Position numbers and translations under genes: made by a program. From an uncultured Coxiellaceae bacterium (GTDB lineage Bacteria; Pseudomonadota; Gammaproteobacteria; Berkiellales; Berkiellaceae), in assembly GCA_963976875.1 (NCBI GenBank), contig CAXBML010000003.1, positions 165,726 through 189,725 on the forward strand: a DNA stretch of 24,000 bases. Direction: 5' to 3'. This document shows positions 13,896-22,443 of this stretch, piece by piece. The notes beneath the pieces are model-generated. The model was not told where the DNA came from, did no database searches, and worked only from the letters and a program-made list of their open reading frames with translations. Every line of letters begins with the position of its first letter. The first letter of the stretch is position 1.

Positions 13896-15080
13896 CTAAC
13901 AATCACACATTATAATATTATTCATCATTGCTAGTTCATCGTGTATTGGTAACAAGTGCTGCGGCTCCATGAATTCTGAGCTTGGTGCTTCTACAGTTGT
14001 CAGGATAGGACTAGAGCTAGAGGTCGTTATATTATTGGGGGTGAAGTTTTTTTCAATTAAGGTCTCTGGAAACAACTCTGCAAGTAAATTGATTAAATCA
14101 TATGGGGCATCCTGTCCCTGAGCTTGAATTTGTGTCTGATTAAACTCTGTAATAAAACTGGTATCTATATTATGCTCGTTCGCAAAATCAACGAGCTGTT
14201 TAAATTCTGTAATTTCAGCTTGAGAAGATTCATCTTTGCCTTCTATTAGTGGTGCAACAACAGAAGCCTTGAAATAATAAGTACCTTCTTTGTATTCGCA
14301 ATGCTCCCATAGGAGCTGGTTTGGCAGTACTAATAATTCACATTCAGATTCAAAGTGAGATAAGCCAGAAATATCCTTACCATAGGCGCCATCAAAAGTA
14401 ATAAGGCTTCCATTGCTAAAAGCGTCGCCTATATATGAGTCGAAAGATGTACTAATAAATGCCAGGTTTTCGGATACAGGGAAGTCGCTGTTGATTAAAG
14501 CCATGCGATGTTCTATTTCTTCAAACGAGGTTGAGCTTTCGCCCCTAAAGGTTTGGCCAGAATAGTCTACTTCGGGCATAATTTTATTTAAGCCCGAACT
14601 TAAAAATGCAGTATTAAGTAAAAGTTTATTCGCTGAATTGTTTATACCATTATCATTATAAAAGTCAGGATGTATACGTCCAGTTTTGCCATAAAGGAAA
14701 CTATTAATGCTAGCGTATTCTGAACCGGTATAGTTTTGTATGGCCGTTCTTTCAGCCTCGTTTATGGCAGAATATTTTGGGTCGGTATTTGAGTTGTATC
14801 TATAGCCGTAATACCCAAAATCATTATGAGCATATTTAGCGGTAAATTTTTCAGCGTCATGCGCATCCAGCGTTATATGGTTTAAATTTGCTTTTTGCGT
14901 TAACTCTGAGATATTTATTTTAATATTTCCAACAGTGGCATATAGGTTTTCTTTGCCCTGTATGTTGTTTTCCAACGTATAATTTATTTTATTTTCTGCA
15001 TGCAAGGCACACTTTATAAATAATTCGTATTTTTGAGTATGAATACTTTTATTAAGAGGACCATTCATTAAACCGTGCAT
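13896..15080 (-). CDS. R-S-E class mono-ADP-ribosyltransferase-like protein (C3/VIP2-type toxin domain), probable effector
   Basis: ERTAIQNYTGSEYASINSFLYG matches the a...YT...Y..IN..LR region. SGQTFRGES supplies the Arg, LAFISTSFD is the STS motif, and SHFESECELLVLP is the ExE motif. These occur in the canonical order and spacing. The C-terminal ~110 aa are unrelated and the protein ends NIIMCDC. Confidence 0.75.
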   Translation of the reverse strand: MHGLMNGPLNKSIHTQKYELFIKCALHAENKINYTLENNIQGKENLYATVGNIKINISELTQKANLNHITLDAHDAEKFTAKYAHNDFGYYGYRYNSNTDPKYSAINEAERTAIQNYTGSEYASINSFLYGKTGRIHPDFYNDNGINNSANKLLLNTAFLSSGLNKIMPEVDYSGQTFRGESSTSFEEIEHRMALINSDFPVSENLAFISTSFDSYIGDAFSNGSLITFDGAYGKDISGLSHFESECELLVLPNQLLWEHCEYKEGTYYFKASVVAPLIEGKDESSQAEITEFKQLVDFANEHNIDTSFITEFNQTQIQAQGQDAPYDLINLLAELFPETLIEKNFTPNNITTSSSSPILTTVEAPSSEFMEPQHLLPIHDELAMMNNIIMCDC

Positions 15081-15300
15081 ATAAAACCTTTTTAAAATTA
15101 CTATTCAAATTGACCGCTTGTCGCTACAGAGCCGCTAATGATACTGTTAAAGAGGGGGTGAGTCAAGGCATTTAACTAACAATATTTGATTTATTCTATG
15201 GTTTGTTATGCTTGCTTAAATGCTTTAGAGGTTTGTAATATAGCTTTTTTGTAAATTTTATTGATAAATGGGTAATAAATATTATTAGGAGTCTTGCTCT

Positions 15301-15885
15301 ATGGTGAACGAAGTTTTAAATTTTTGGTTTGATTATGAGAATAATCCAGACCCGTTATATAACCGGACAATTTGGTGGCAAAAAAATGAACATACAGATA
15401 ATATTATCCGAGAAAAATTTGCCAACTTGAATTATCAAGCTACCTCCGGTCAACTAGACAGTTGGCTGGCGTCACCTAAAAGCACTTTAGCATTTATAAT
15501 TTTAATTGATCAGTTTTCAAGAAACTTATATAGAAATACGCCAAAAATGTTTGCACATGATTCTTTAGCGCTGAATGCCGCTAAAAATATCGTTGCTAGT
15601 AGTAAAGATAAAATATTAACTTTAACGGAACGTGTTTTTCTATATTTGCCTTTTGAGCACTCAGAGAACTTCAATGACCAAGAAATGAGTATAGCACTAT
15701 ACCAAAGACTAGTAGATGAGACACCAGAGGCGCATAAGAAAACTGCAGAAGCGTTTCTGAGCTTTGCTCAAGCACATTATGATATTATAGAAAAATTTGG
15801 TCGATATCCTCATCGAAACAAAATTCTTTCTCGTGACAGTACTGCGGATGAGATAGATTTTATGAAAACACATCAGGGCTTCTAG
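15301..15885 (+). CDS. DUF924-family protein
   Basis: AGGAG lies 9 nt upstream of the ATG. The N-terminal VLNFWF...IWWQK, the motif FSRNLYR and the C-terminal FGRYPHRNKILSRDSTADEIDF are typical of DUF924. Confidence 0.8.
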   Translation: MVNEVLNFWFDYENNPDPLYNRTIWWQKNEHTDNIIREKFANLNYQATSGQLDSWLASPKSTLAFIILIDQFSRNLYRNTPKMFAHDSLALNAAKNIVASSKDKILTLTERVFLYLPFEHSENFNDQEMSIALYQRLVDETPEAHKKTAEAFLSFAQAHYDIIEKFGRYPHRNKILSRDSTADEIDFMKTHQGF

Positions 15886-15910
15886 TTAAAGGTTTATTCA
15901 GCAGAGCTTT

Positions 15911-15943
15911 ATAATACCGAGCCGCTGAAGGGCTCGGTATTAT
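15911..15943. terminator. Perfect 13-bp hairpin between convergent genes (bidirectional terminator candidate)
   Basis: ATAATACCGAGCC (15911-15923) pairs with GGCTCGGTATTAT (15931-15943) around a 7-nt loop. It sits between the stop at 15885 (+) and the stop at 15957 (-). Confidence 0.6.
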
Positions 15944-15956
15944 GGTATCTTAAAAA

Positions 15957-18515
15957 TCAGATTTGAAATTTTTGTCGAAGCTCTCCATCTTCCCCTGTTT
16001 CTTGTGCTTTTATCCCTGCGTAATAAGCAGAGCTGTAGGCTTGCCATTGAAAGCAGCTCATAGCTTGTGTCGTTGGACTTTGTGCTGCATCCATCCCCAA
16101 CTTTAGAGCATTAACCTCCATTTGATCGATATTGGGTGAGGATTGATTACTTTGCGCTTTATAATAATCTAGAGCGTTATTTTTCATCTTTTCTCTTACC
16201 AGGGATACAGCTAGAGTACCAACAAATACTATAGCCCCAGTTGCAATTCCAGAAACTAAGCCGATGGGTAGGGCAAATGGAAATATGGTTGCAGGAATGA
16301 GTGATAAGCCAACAGGTATTAATCCTAATAATGCGGGGATAAAAAATTTGCTGGCCGATAAGCTCGCGGGTAGAAGATGTTTTCCAACTCGCGTGAATAT
16401 TGAGTTATGTTTTATGTCATTATTTTGTGTCGTATGCGAAGTATGGTGTTTATTTGATTTAGACGAAAATGCACCAACTTGAGGCTGATCTGTAATATCT
16501 AAGACATCTGATTTTATGGCTTCTGCCAAAGCTTTAGGATCAGGGTCTTTGCCTAAAAATGTTTTGACTAATGCCATAAATTCTTGACTGCCACCTGGCG
16601 CTAAAATAGTCTCAACATACTTTCTACCGAGCTTAGGATCCATTATACCCTGTTGTTTAAACTCATTAAATAAATTATGTGATATATTTAATGCCCAGTT
16701 ATAACCATAATATCCAGCAGAGTAAGCACCTGCAAAAATATGACCAAAAGTATTGGGCATATGATCATCCTCTGTTGTAGGTATTACGTGTACTGTATTT
16801 CTGGCTGCCAGCCATAAACGCTGAATATCGTCAGGTGTTAATTTTGAGGTAATGGTGTGTAGTTTAAAGTCAAACATGGCATAACAGAGTTGTTGCAGCT
16901 CATTTAGGGCGGCATTATAATTTCGACTTTTACCAATCGCTTCGATTAAAGGATCAGGCAAGGATTCACCTGTTTTATAATGCTGAGAAAGCATTTTTAA
17001 TGTTTGGGGATCCCAGATCCAGTTTTCCATCATTTGACTCGGTGCTTCTACAGCATCCCAGGGGACGCCATTTGGCCCTGCGATAGAGGGAAAATTTATC
17101 TGAGACAAAATATGATGTAGGCAATGACCAAATTCATGAAAGGTTGTTTGGACTTCTCGGTGGCTCAATAGAGCAGGTTGTTCTTTTGTGGGTTTGCCAA
17201 AATTGGTATTTAAGAATGCAATGGGTAAATATTTCTCTTTGCCGTACTTGAAGCGATCTTCGCATTGGTTCATCCAAGCGCCGCCACGTTTCTCGCCATT
17301 GCGGGCAAAGAGATCCATATAGACTTCCCCTAGCTTGTCGCCAGATTCAGCATAAACTGAAAATAGCTTTACCTCTGGATCCCATTTGTCAAATTTTGTC
17401 TCTTCGACAATAGATATTCCAAAGATTTGCTTTACGATTCCAAACATACCAGACAAGACAAAATCAGCAGGGAAATATTCTTTGATTTTTTTCTCGTCAA
17501 CTGAAAATGCTGTTTCCTTTAACTTATTTGAAACATAAGCTATGTCATATGTTCGTAGATCATCAATACCACAATAGCTTTTGGCAAAGTCTCTTAAACG
17601 TTTTAATTCTAACTCAGCTTGTGGTCTAACGCCCTTGGCCAGGCCCATTAACATTTTGTCAACGTCATGGCGAGTTGCCATTTTAGATGATAGGGATAAA
17701 TCCACATGATCCTTAAACCCCAGCAAGTTGGCTTCTCTTTGTTTTAAAGCTAAAATTTTCACCATGATCGGGGAGTTGTTGTGCTCTGGATCAGTGGCTT
17801 CAGCTGAGCCTGCAATATTGTGTGCATGGCTGATTTCTTCTCTTAACGATCGTGAATCAGCAAAACGCACGACATCGCCTAAAACATTTGGCGCCAATGT
17901 TAATAACCATCCTTTTTGTTGTTTTGATTCGGCCAATTCTTTCGCTGCTTGTTTTGTGGATTCAGGTACCCCTGACAAATCAGACTCATCTGTGATGAGC
18001 TTTGTCCAAGCGTCAATAGCCGCTGTCTTATTATTCGAAAATAGCTCTTTTAGCTCGGTTAATTCTTTTCGGATAGATTTTAACTCGGCTTGCGCACTAT
18101 CAGATAATTCAATGCCAGATAGTTTAAAATTGCGGAGGTAGTCTTTGATCAGAGCTTGTTCGGCTGGTGGGCGGTGCTTAAACTTATGAGATTTTTCTAA
18201 TTTTTTTATTTGCTTGAATAGTTTTTTGTTTTGAAAAATATCTAAATGGAATTCAGACACTTTTTTTTGCGCTTGTTCTATCGCGGCACTATATTCTGGC
18301 GTTTTTTTGACATCGTTTAAATGCGAGATAGGTTGCCAGACTTGTCCAAACTCATATACGAGCCTTTCTAGCCGAATCATTAATGAACCAAAATTATGTT
18401 TTCGGTGACGTTTTAGTATTTTATTGATACCATCTCGATAATCTTTTAATGCTGTATCAATAATAGTGTTTATTTTATCGGCGGTTAAATCTGAAAATTT
18501 ATTATGTGCAGGCAT
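15957..18515 (-). CDS. M3-family zinc metallopeptidase (oligopeptidase A/Dcp-like) with ~180-aa C-terminal extension containing a transmembrane region
   Basis: The preferred start is ATG 18515 (MPAHNKF...), which has AAGGAG 8 nt upstream; the track's TTG at 18542 is less likely. The zinc motif is TFHEFGHCLHH and the third-ligand region is DAVEAPSQMMENW. The extension spans 15957-16505, with hydrophobic segments FFIPALLGLIPVGLSLIPATIFPFALPIGLVSGIATGAIVFVGTLAVSLV (16197-16376). Confidence 0.9.
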   Translation of the reverse strand: MPAHNKFSDLTADKINTIIDTALKDYRDGINKILKRHRKHNFGSLMIRLERLVYEFGQVWQPISHLNDVKKTPEYSAAIEQAQKKVSEFHLDIFQNKKLFKQIKKLEKSHKFKHRPPAEQALIKDYLRNFKLSGIELSDSAQAELKSIRKELTELKELFSNNKTAAIDAWTKLITDESDLSGVPESTKQAAKELAESKQQKGWLLTLAPNVLGDVVRFADSRSLREEISHAHNIAGSAEATDPEHNNSPIMVKILALKQREANLLGFKDHVDLSLSSKMATRHDVDKMLMGLAKGVRPQAELELKRLRDFAKSYCGIDDLRTYDIAYVSNKLKETAFSVDEKKIKEYFPADFVLSGMFGIVKQIFGISIVEETKFDKWDPEVKLFSVYAESGDKLGEVYMDLFARNGEKRGGAWMNQCEDRFKYGKEKYLPIAFLNTNFGKPTKEQPALLSHREVQTTFHEFGHCLHHILSQINFPSIAGPNGVPWDAVEAPSQMMENWIWDPQTLKMLSQHYKTGESLPDPLIEAIGKSRNYNAALNELQQLCYAMFDFKLHTITSKLTPDDIQRLWLAARNTVHVIPTTEDDHMPNTFGHIFAGAYSAGYYGYNWALNISHNLFNEFKQQGIMDPKLGRKYVETILAPGGSQEFMALVKTFLGKDPDPKALAEAIKSDVLDITDQPQVGAFSSKSNKHHTSHTTQNNDIKHNSIFTRVGKHLLPASLSASKFFIPALLGLIPVGLSLIPATIFPFALPIGLVSGIATGAIVFVGTLAVSLVREKMKNNALDYYKAQSNQSSPNIDQMEVNALKLGMDAAQSPTTQAMSCFQWQAYSSAYYAGIKAQETGEDGELRQKFQI

Positions 18516-18611
18516 TTTTCTCACTCCTTGAGATAAGTTCAAATCATCCTTGATCTGAACACATAAATGACAGCAAATTGCTGTAACTTTAGCATATCCT
18601 TTTTTTTTTGA

Positions 18612-19436
18612 TTAGGCAGCCGACTTTTTTCTTTCAAGCTCATTAAGTTTAGCTGACCAACTCTCTATTAAGTCAGCGTTATTATGTTGCCAGGGATGAA
18701 AATTGGGTTTTAAGTATGAAAAGTAGGGGGCTAATAATTTTCGCAAAACACCTGGATTTGTCCAATAAAACTGGAAGGCGGTTTTAAGAAACTTTAGCGA
18801 GAATAAATTATTATCAGTTCTGGCCATATGGCAGAATGGTCGAATATATCCACTGAAAAAATATAAGCTCATTAATATGAAGCTAGTACTTCTTCTTAAA
18901 TAGCCAATTTTCAGTGCTTTGAGCATATCAAAAACCACCGCTTTGTGTTCAATTTCTTCCACAAAATGCCAATGCCACATTTCCTTGATTGGTTCTGGCA
19001 CCCCTTCAAAATAATGCGGGTTTTGTAAGTAGTAATCAGCAAGGATGGCGGTAAAATGCTCTCCTGCGGCTGTCATGGCCAGGCGAAACTTTGCCCCCCC
19101 TAACCAAGCCAAGCTTTGAATGATTGGGAATTTATAGTTTTTCTGTTTCAGGTTGGGGTAGTGTTTATATATGGTATGAACGGCATATTTCATATGTTCT
19201 CGGCGATGGTTCGCTTCTTGTTTCAAAAAAGCGCGTACTTCGCCATATAGTTTTTCATCTGTAATGTGTTGTAAAAACGGCTTAGCACTTCGGATGAAAA
19301 ACTCTTCCCCATCTGGGATAAATAAACCAAAAATATTAACGTGGTAAGTATGTACAGCAGATTGGTTATACCAGTGCTTAGGTATATTATTGTTAAATTG
19401 GAAGTGTATTCTTCTGGGCGTTATTTGTATACTCAT
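18612..19436 (-). CDS. Predicted metal-dependent hydrolase (PF10118-like)
   Basis: HFQFNNNIPKHWYN...FIPDGEEFFIRS...FLKQEANHRREH...HWHFVEEIEHKAV matches the family pattern as remembered. ATG 19436 (MSIQITPRR) is preferred over TTG 19493, which would overlap the upstream rhomboid gene by 44 nt. Confidence 0.7.
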   Translation of the reverse strand: MSIQITPRRIHFQFNNNIPKHWYNQSAVHTYHVNIFGLFIPDGEEFFIRSAKPFLQHITDEKLYGEVRAFLKQEANHRREHMKYAVHTIYKHYPNLKQKNYKFPIIQSLAWLGGAKFRLAMTAAGEHFTAILADYYLQNPHYFEGVPEPIKEMWHWHFVEEIEHKAVVFDMLKALKIGYLRRSTSFILMSLYFFSGYIRPFCHMARTDNNLFSLKFLKTAFQFYWTNPGVLRKLLAPYFSYLKPNFHPWQHNNADLIESWSAKLNELERKKSAA

Positions 19437-19449
19437 CGCCAGAAGTATA

Positions 19450-20106
19450 TCACATTGGCATTGGGATATAAGGGATAATAAATATAGCGGCAATGCCAGA
19501 TAAAAAGCCTAATAAATGCCCCTCCCAAGAGACTCTAGCGCTAGTCGGTACCAAGCTTGTGATAATGCCGCCAAAATAATATAGTGCGATACCGCCACAA
19601 AAGAGTGCCGTAAAAGTGGGTTGGTTATAGGCTTCACCCATGACATACCCAAAATAGCCTGCGATTAATGCGCTAGCGCCAACATGATTACCTCGACGTC
19701 CAAACAGCCAAACACCCAAGCCAGCTAAAATAGTAATAATTAAGGTTGCGATATAAAATTTTATTTGTCCTAAAGACATTGTAAATAGCCCAAGGAAAAA
19801 GAGTGGTATTGTATTAAAAAATAAATGATTATAATCGGCGTGTAATACAGGTGCGAAAATAATACCAAATAGACCTTTAATTCTTCTGGGTTTAATACCT
19901 AAAATGTTAAATGGCTTGCCTAATTTAAAGTTAACAATACTAAAAGCCCAAAGCGCTGCAACTATTTTCAGCATGGCCGGCAGGTTTTCTTTCGAAGCCT
20001 GCATAAACTGTTCTAGTTCAAGTCCAAGTTGGGTAAGCATGTCTATCCAATGGTGTATGTAAGCTCGCAAACATTGCGAACTATTTACGGTACTTAAGTT
20101 AATCAT
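19450..20106 (-). CDS. Rhomboid-family intramembrane serine protease
   Basis: The protein has multiple TM helices. HADYNHLFFN fits H....H...N. The catalytic Ser context is GASALIAGYFGY and the catalytic His context is GHLLGFLSG. Confidence 0.85.
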   Translation of the reverse strand: MINLSTVNSSQCLRAYIHHWIDMLTQLGLELEQFMQASKENLPAMLKIVAALWAFSIVNFKLGKPFNILGIKPRRIKGLFGIIFAPVLHADYNHLFFNTIPLFFLGLFTMSLGQIKFYIATLIITILAGLGVWLFGRRGNHVGASALIAGYFGYVMGEAYNQPTFTALFCGGIALYYFGGIITSLVPTSARVSWEGHLLGFLSGIAAIFIIPYIPMPM

Positions 20107-20225
20107 ATCATAAAAATTAAAGTGATCTACAGCAATTGAGAATCATTTAGAACTGTAGATAATTCTTGCTAAATGCGTAGTAACAACGTTAGAATTTGTC
20201 ATCGTTTTTAATAAAGGGATATCCA

Positions 20226-20648
20226 ATGAAAAAGAATGAACCAATCAAAAACATTATGTCTTCTAAATTAGTGTTTGCGACTATCAACAGTAAAATCTCT
20301 GAAGTAAAGAGTCTGATGCAAGAGAATCATATTCATCATGTTCCTGTCGTCTCTGGTAAAAAATTAATTGGCTTGGTTAGTCGAGTTGATCTTTTAAGAT
20401 CTTCTTTTAGTGATTTATTTGTTAAAGAAGATAAAGCTTCGGCAGATCAGTTGGACAGTGTTGCTTCCATTGAAGACGTGATGACCAGGGATATTAAAAC
20501 CCTTTCAGTTTCAAGTTCTGTACGTGATGCGGCCTTGATATTGTTAGGAAATGATTTTAATTCATTACCTATTATTGACAGCAATGAAGAGTTAGCTGGA
20601 ATTGTTACATCAAAAGATATTACCAGGTATTTGATTGAGCAGCTATAA
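20226..20648 (+). CDS. CBS-domain pair protein
   Basis: ATG 20226 has AAGGGA 6 nt upstream; the track start at 20196 is a TTG. The two CBS repeats are IHHVPVVSGKKLIGLVSRVDLL and FNSLPIIDSNEELAGIVTSKDI. Confidence 0.85.
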   Translation: MKKNEPIKNIMSSKLVFATINSKISEVKSLMQENHIHHVPVVSGKKLIGLVSRVDLLRSSFSDLFVKEDKASADQLDSVASIEDVMTRDIKTLSVSSSVRDAALILLGNDFNSLPIIDSNEELAGIVTSKDITRYLIEQL

Positions 20649-20671
20649 GTTTTTCTAGTAGCAACTTGTAT

Positions 20672-20704
20672 AATCCAGGACTGAAAATTCAGCCCTGGAT
20701 TTTT
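20672..20704 (+). terminator. Rho-independent terminator after the CBS gene (shared with the convergent USP gene)
   Basis: AATCCAGGACTGA (20672-20684) pairs with TCAGCCCTGGATT (20689-20701). Twelve of 13 positions pair, with a 4-nt loop. The T run extends to 20704. Confidence 0.7.
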
Positions 20705-20714
20705 CAGGAATACT

Positions 20715-21158
20715 TTATTTTTTCTCTTTAAAGCGTTTTAATGGAACAGTTAACACATCACAGTGTGCATGTGACAATACATAACTAGCCGTTGAACCAA
20801 GCAAAACACCTATGCCATGAGCACCATGGCTTCCTAAGATAATTAAGTCTGATTTCAATTCATCAGCCATGGTAATAATAGATTTTTTTGCATGTCCAGT
20901 AGATAAATGCTGGTGTTTTTTCGCAATACCATAAGTATTTGAAAACTGATGTAAATGAGTTAACGCTTCTTCTTCCAGTTGCTTGTTAAGCTCGCCTATG
21001 TAATAAAACCCACCGCCATAAGTGCCAACCGGCTCTATAACATGAACAATGTTAAGTGTGGCTCCATGAATGCGCTCTAAATCTTTTGCAACCTCGCAGA
21101 CATGTTTACTATCCTTACCTAAATCTGTTGCAAACAAAATATTTTTATATAATGACAT
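20715..21158 (-). CDS. Universal stress protein (UspA family), paralogue 1
   Basis: 147 aa. The sequence shows NILFATDL...LNIVHV...DLIILGSHGAHGIGVLLGSTASYVLSHAHCDVLTVP, which contains the USP nucleotide-binding G-x2-G-x9-G(S/T) motif. Confidence 0.9.
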   Translation of the reverse strand: MSLYKNILFATDLGKDSKHVCEVAKDLERIHGATLNIVHVIEPVGTYGGGFYYIGELNKQLEEEALTHLHQFSNTYGIAKKHQHLSTGHAKKSIITMADELKSDLIILGSHGAHGIGVLLGSTASYVLSHAHCDVLTVPLKRFKEKK

Positions 21159-21196
21159 GTTACACTCCTAATTAGTCACAAAAAGATTCCTAGAGA

Positions 21197-21221
21197 TAAT
21201 GCCTAGGTAAAACCTAGGCAT
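21197..21221. terminator. Perfect palindrome/hairpin between the two USP genes (terminator or operator)
   Basis: AATGCCTAGG (21197-21206) and CCTAGGCATT (21212-21221) flank a 5-nt loop, TAAAA. It lies 16 nt downstream of the USP-2 stop and ~40 nt upstream of the USP-1 start. No T run follows on the minus strand. Confidence 0.45.
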
Positions 21222-21236
21222 TACGACATTTTTCTA

Positions 21237-21680
21237 TTAGTCTTGATCATCAAACCGTTTTAACGGAACGGTTAAAACATCACAATGTGCATGAGACAAG
21301 ACATATGTAGCAGTTGAGCCCAATAATACGCTGATACCTCGAGCGCCGTGGCTACCGAGAACAATTAAATCGGCTCCCAGTTCATCGGCCATATCAATAA
21401 TGGCGTGTTTGGGGTGGCCTTTGCATAAAAATTGCTGCTTAGGCGGGATTCCACTAGCATTAGAATATTGGCTAAGGTGCTCTAGGGCTTCCTTTTCAAT
21501 TTGCTCATTCATATCTTCGATATAGTAATAATTACCGCCATAAGCACCAATAGGCTCTATGACATGAACAATATTAAGTGTTGCACCATGTACCCGCTTT
21601 AACTCTTTAGCAATATCACATACATGCTGGCTGTCTTGACCTAAATCCGTTGCAAATAGAATATTTTTATATAATGACAT
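21237..21680 (-). CDS. Universal stress protein (UspA family), paralogue 2
   Basis: 147 aa and collinear with paralogue 1, with roughly two-thirds identical residues by eye. The N-terminus MSLYKNILFATDLG and the C-terminal block YVLSHAHCDVLTVPLKRF are identical in both. Confidence 0.9.
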   Translation of the reverse strand: MSLYKNILFATDLGQDSQHVCDIAKELKRVHGATLNIVHVIEPIGAYGGNYYYIEDMNEQIEKEALEHLSQYSNASGIPPKQQFLCKGHPKHAIIDMADELGADLIVLGSHGARGISVLLGSTATYVLSHAHCDVLTVPLKRFDDQD

Positions 21681-22072
21681 TTTATTCTCTCCTTTTTACT
21701 ACTTTATTCACTTAACATTTTCGCGAGGTTTTTATCCTAAACTGGACTTATGTGCCCCCACATTATCTGTGTTTTTATCCATAGTAATGTGTTTCTCTGG
21801 CTAATATAATATGCCTAACCAGGGCATTATACAAACACTAAATGTGCTTTGTATAAATAAAATTTGCGTGTTAAATATTCCGTTTGATACAAATAAACTA
21901 TACAATTTTAGTAATGAAGAAGTGATGTTCTCCATAAGCAAAGGGGAAATATTATTGCGACAAATAATTAACTTCCTAACTATGATGGTTGTGTATTTGC
22001 ACATATAGTTCAGTTTAAAATTTAGGAGCCACGATAGACTATTAACGTGATTCATAATGAAAGGCGGGCTCT

Positions 22073-22372
22073 ATGGTAAGTGAAGGTATGTCCGAAATAT
22101 GGTCTGTTTATATGGTGCGTTGTAAGAATAATTCTCTCTATACTGGAATGGCAAAAGATGTTCAGAAACGTTTTGAGGAGCATTGTGCGCAAGGCATTAA
22201 GACTGCAAAATACTTAAGAGGTAAAACCCCGCTAGAGCTTGTTTACCAAGAGGAGATAGGCTCAAGATCAGATGCTTTAAAAATTGAGCATTTGATTAAG
22301 AAGCTTTCTCGTGCTCAAAAAAATGAGCTGGTAAAATTAGGACAATATAAAGGCATAGTTCAATTAGGCTAA
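22073..22372 (+). CDS. Small GIY-YIG domain protein (UPF0213-like)
   Basis: WSVYMVRCKNNSLYTGMAKDVQKRFEEH matches the GIY...YIG...R..eH core, and ALKIEHLIKKLSRAQK matches the downstream E...K motif. Length is 99 aa; the alternative start ATG 22088 gives 94 aa. Confidence 0.8.
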   Translation: MVSEGMSEIWSVYMVRCKNNSLYTGMAKDVQKRFEEHCAQGIKTAKYLRGKTPLELVYQEEIGSRSDALKIEHLIKKLSRAQKNELVKLGQYKGIVQLG

Positions 22373-22383
22373 GTGACTATATC

Positions 22384-22413
22384 TTGATTAACTTACTTTT
22401 TTAAGTATATAAT
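22384..22413 (+). promoter_or_regulatory. Sigma70-type promoter candidate for the 22444 gene
   Basis: TTGATT (22384-22389) is followed by TATATA (22406-22411, 16-nt spacer) or TATAAT (22408-22413, 18-nt spacer). AGGAG (22431-22435) lies 8 nt upstream of ATG 22444. Confidence 0.45.
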
Positions 22414-22443
22414 GAGTCAAATTCAGACGTAGGAGACAAGAAA

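Noticed and set aside
957-18141. Antisense or off-frame ORFs of 60-137 aa embedded in strongly supported genes (957..1208, 2160..2402, 2347..2580, 3628..3813, 6326..6613, 7263..7445, 8007..8195, 8612..8794, 9310..9525, 9982..10200, 10585..10788, 16264..16482, 17728..18141)
   Set aside because: Each lies entirely or mostly within a longer ORF carrying clear family motifs on the other strand or in another frame. Their translations are low-complexity or Cys/Ser-rich with no motifs and no RBS.
18516-18542. Extended TTG starts proposed by the ORF track for the M3 peptidase (18542), the hydrolase (19493) and the first CBS gene (20196)
   Set aside because: In-frame ATG codons a few codons downstream (18515, 19436, 20226) are better candidates. 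They have better Shine-Dalgarno spacing or avoid a 44-nt overlap with the upstream gene.
21801-22055. ORFs 21801..22055 (-) and 21811..22008 (+) in the USP/GIY-YIG intergenic region
   Set aside because: The two are mutually antisense in a very AT-rich spacer. Their translations are Ile/Asn/Leu-rich nonsense-like sequence with no RBS. The region is more likely promoter DNA for the divergent flanking genes.
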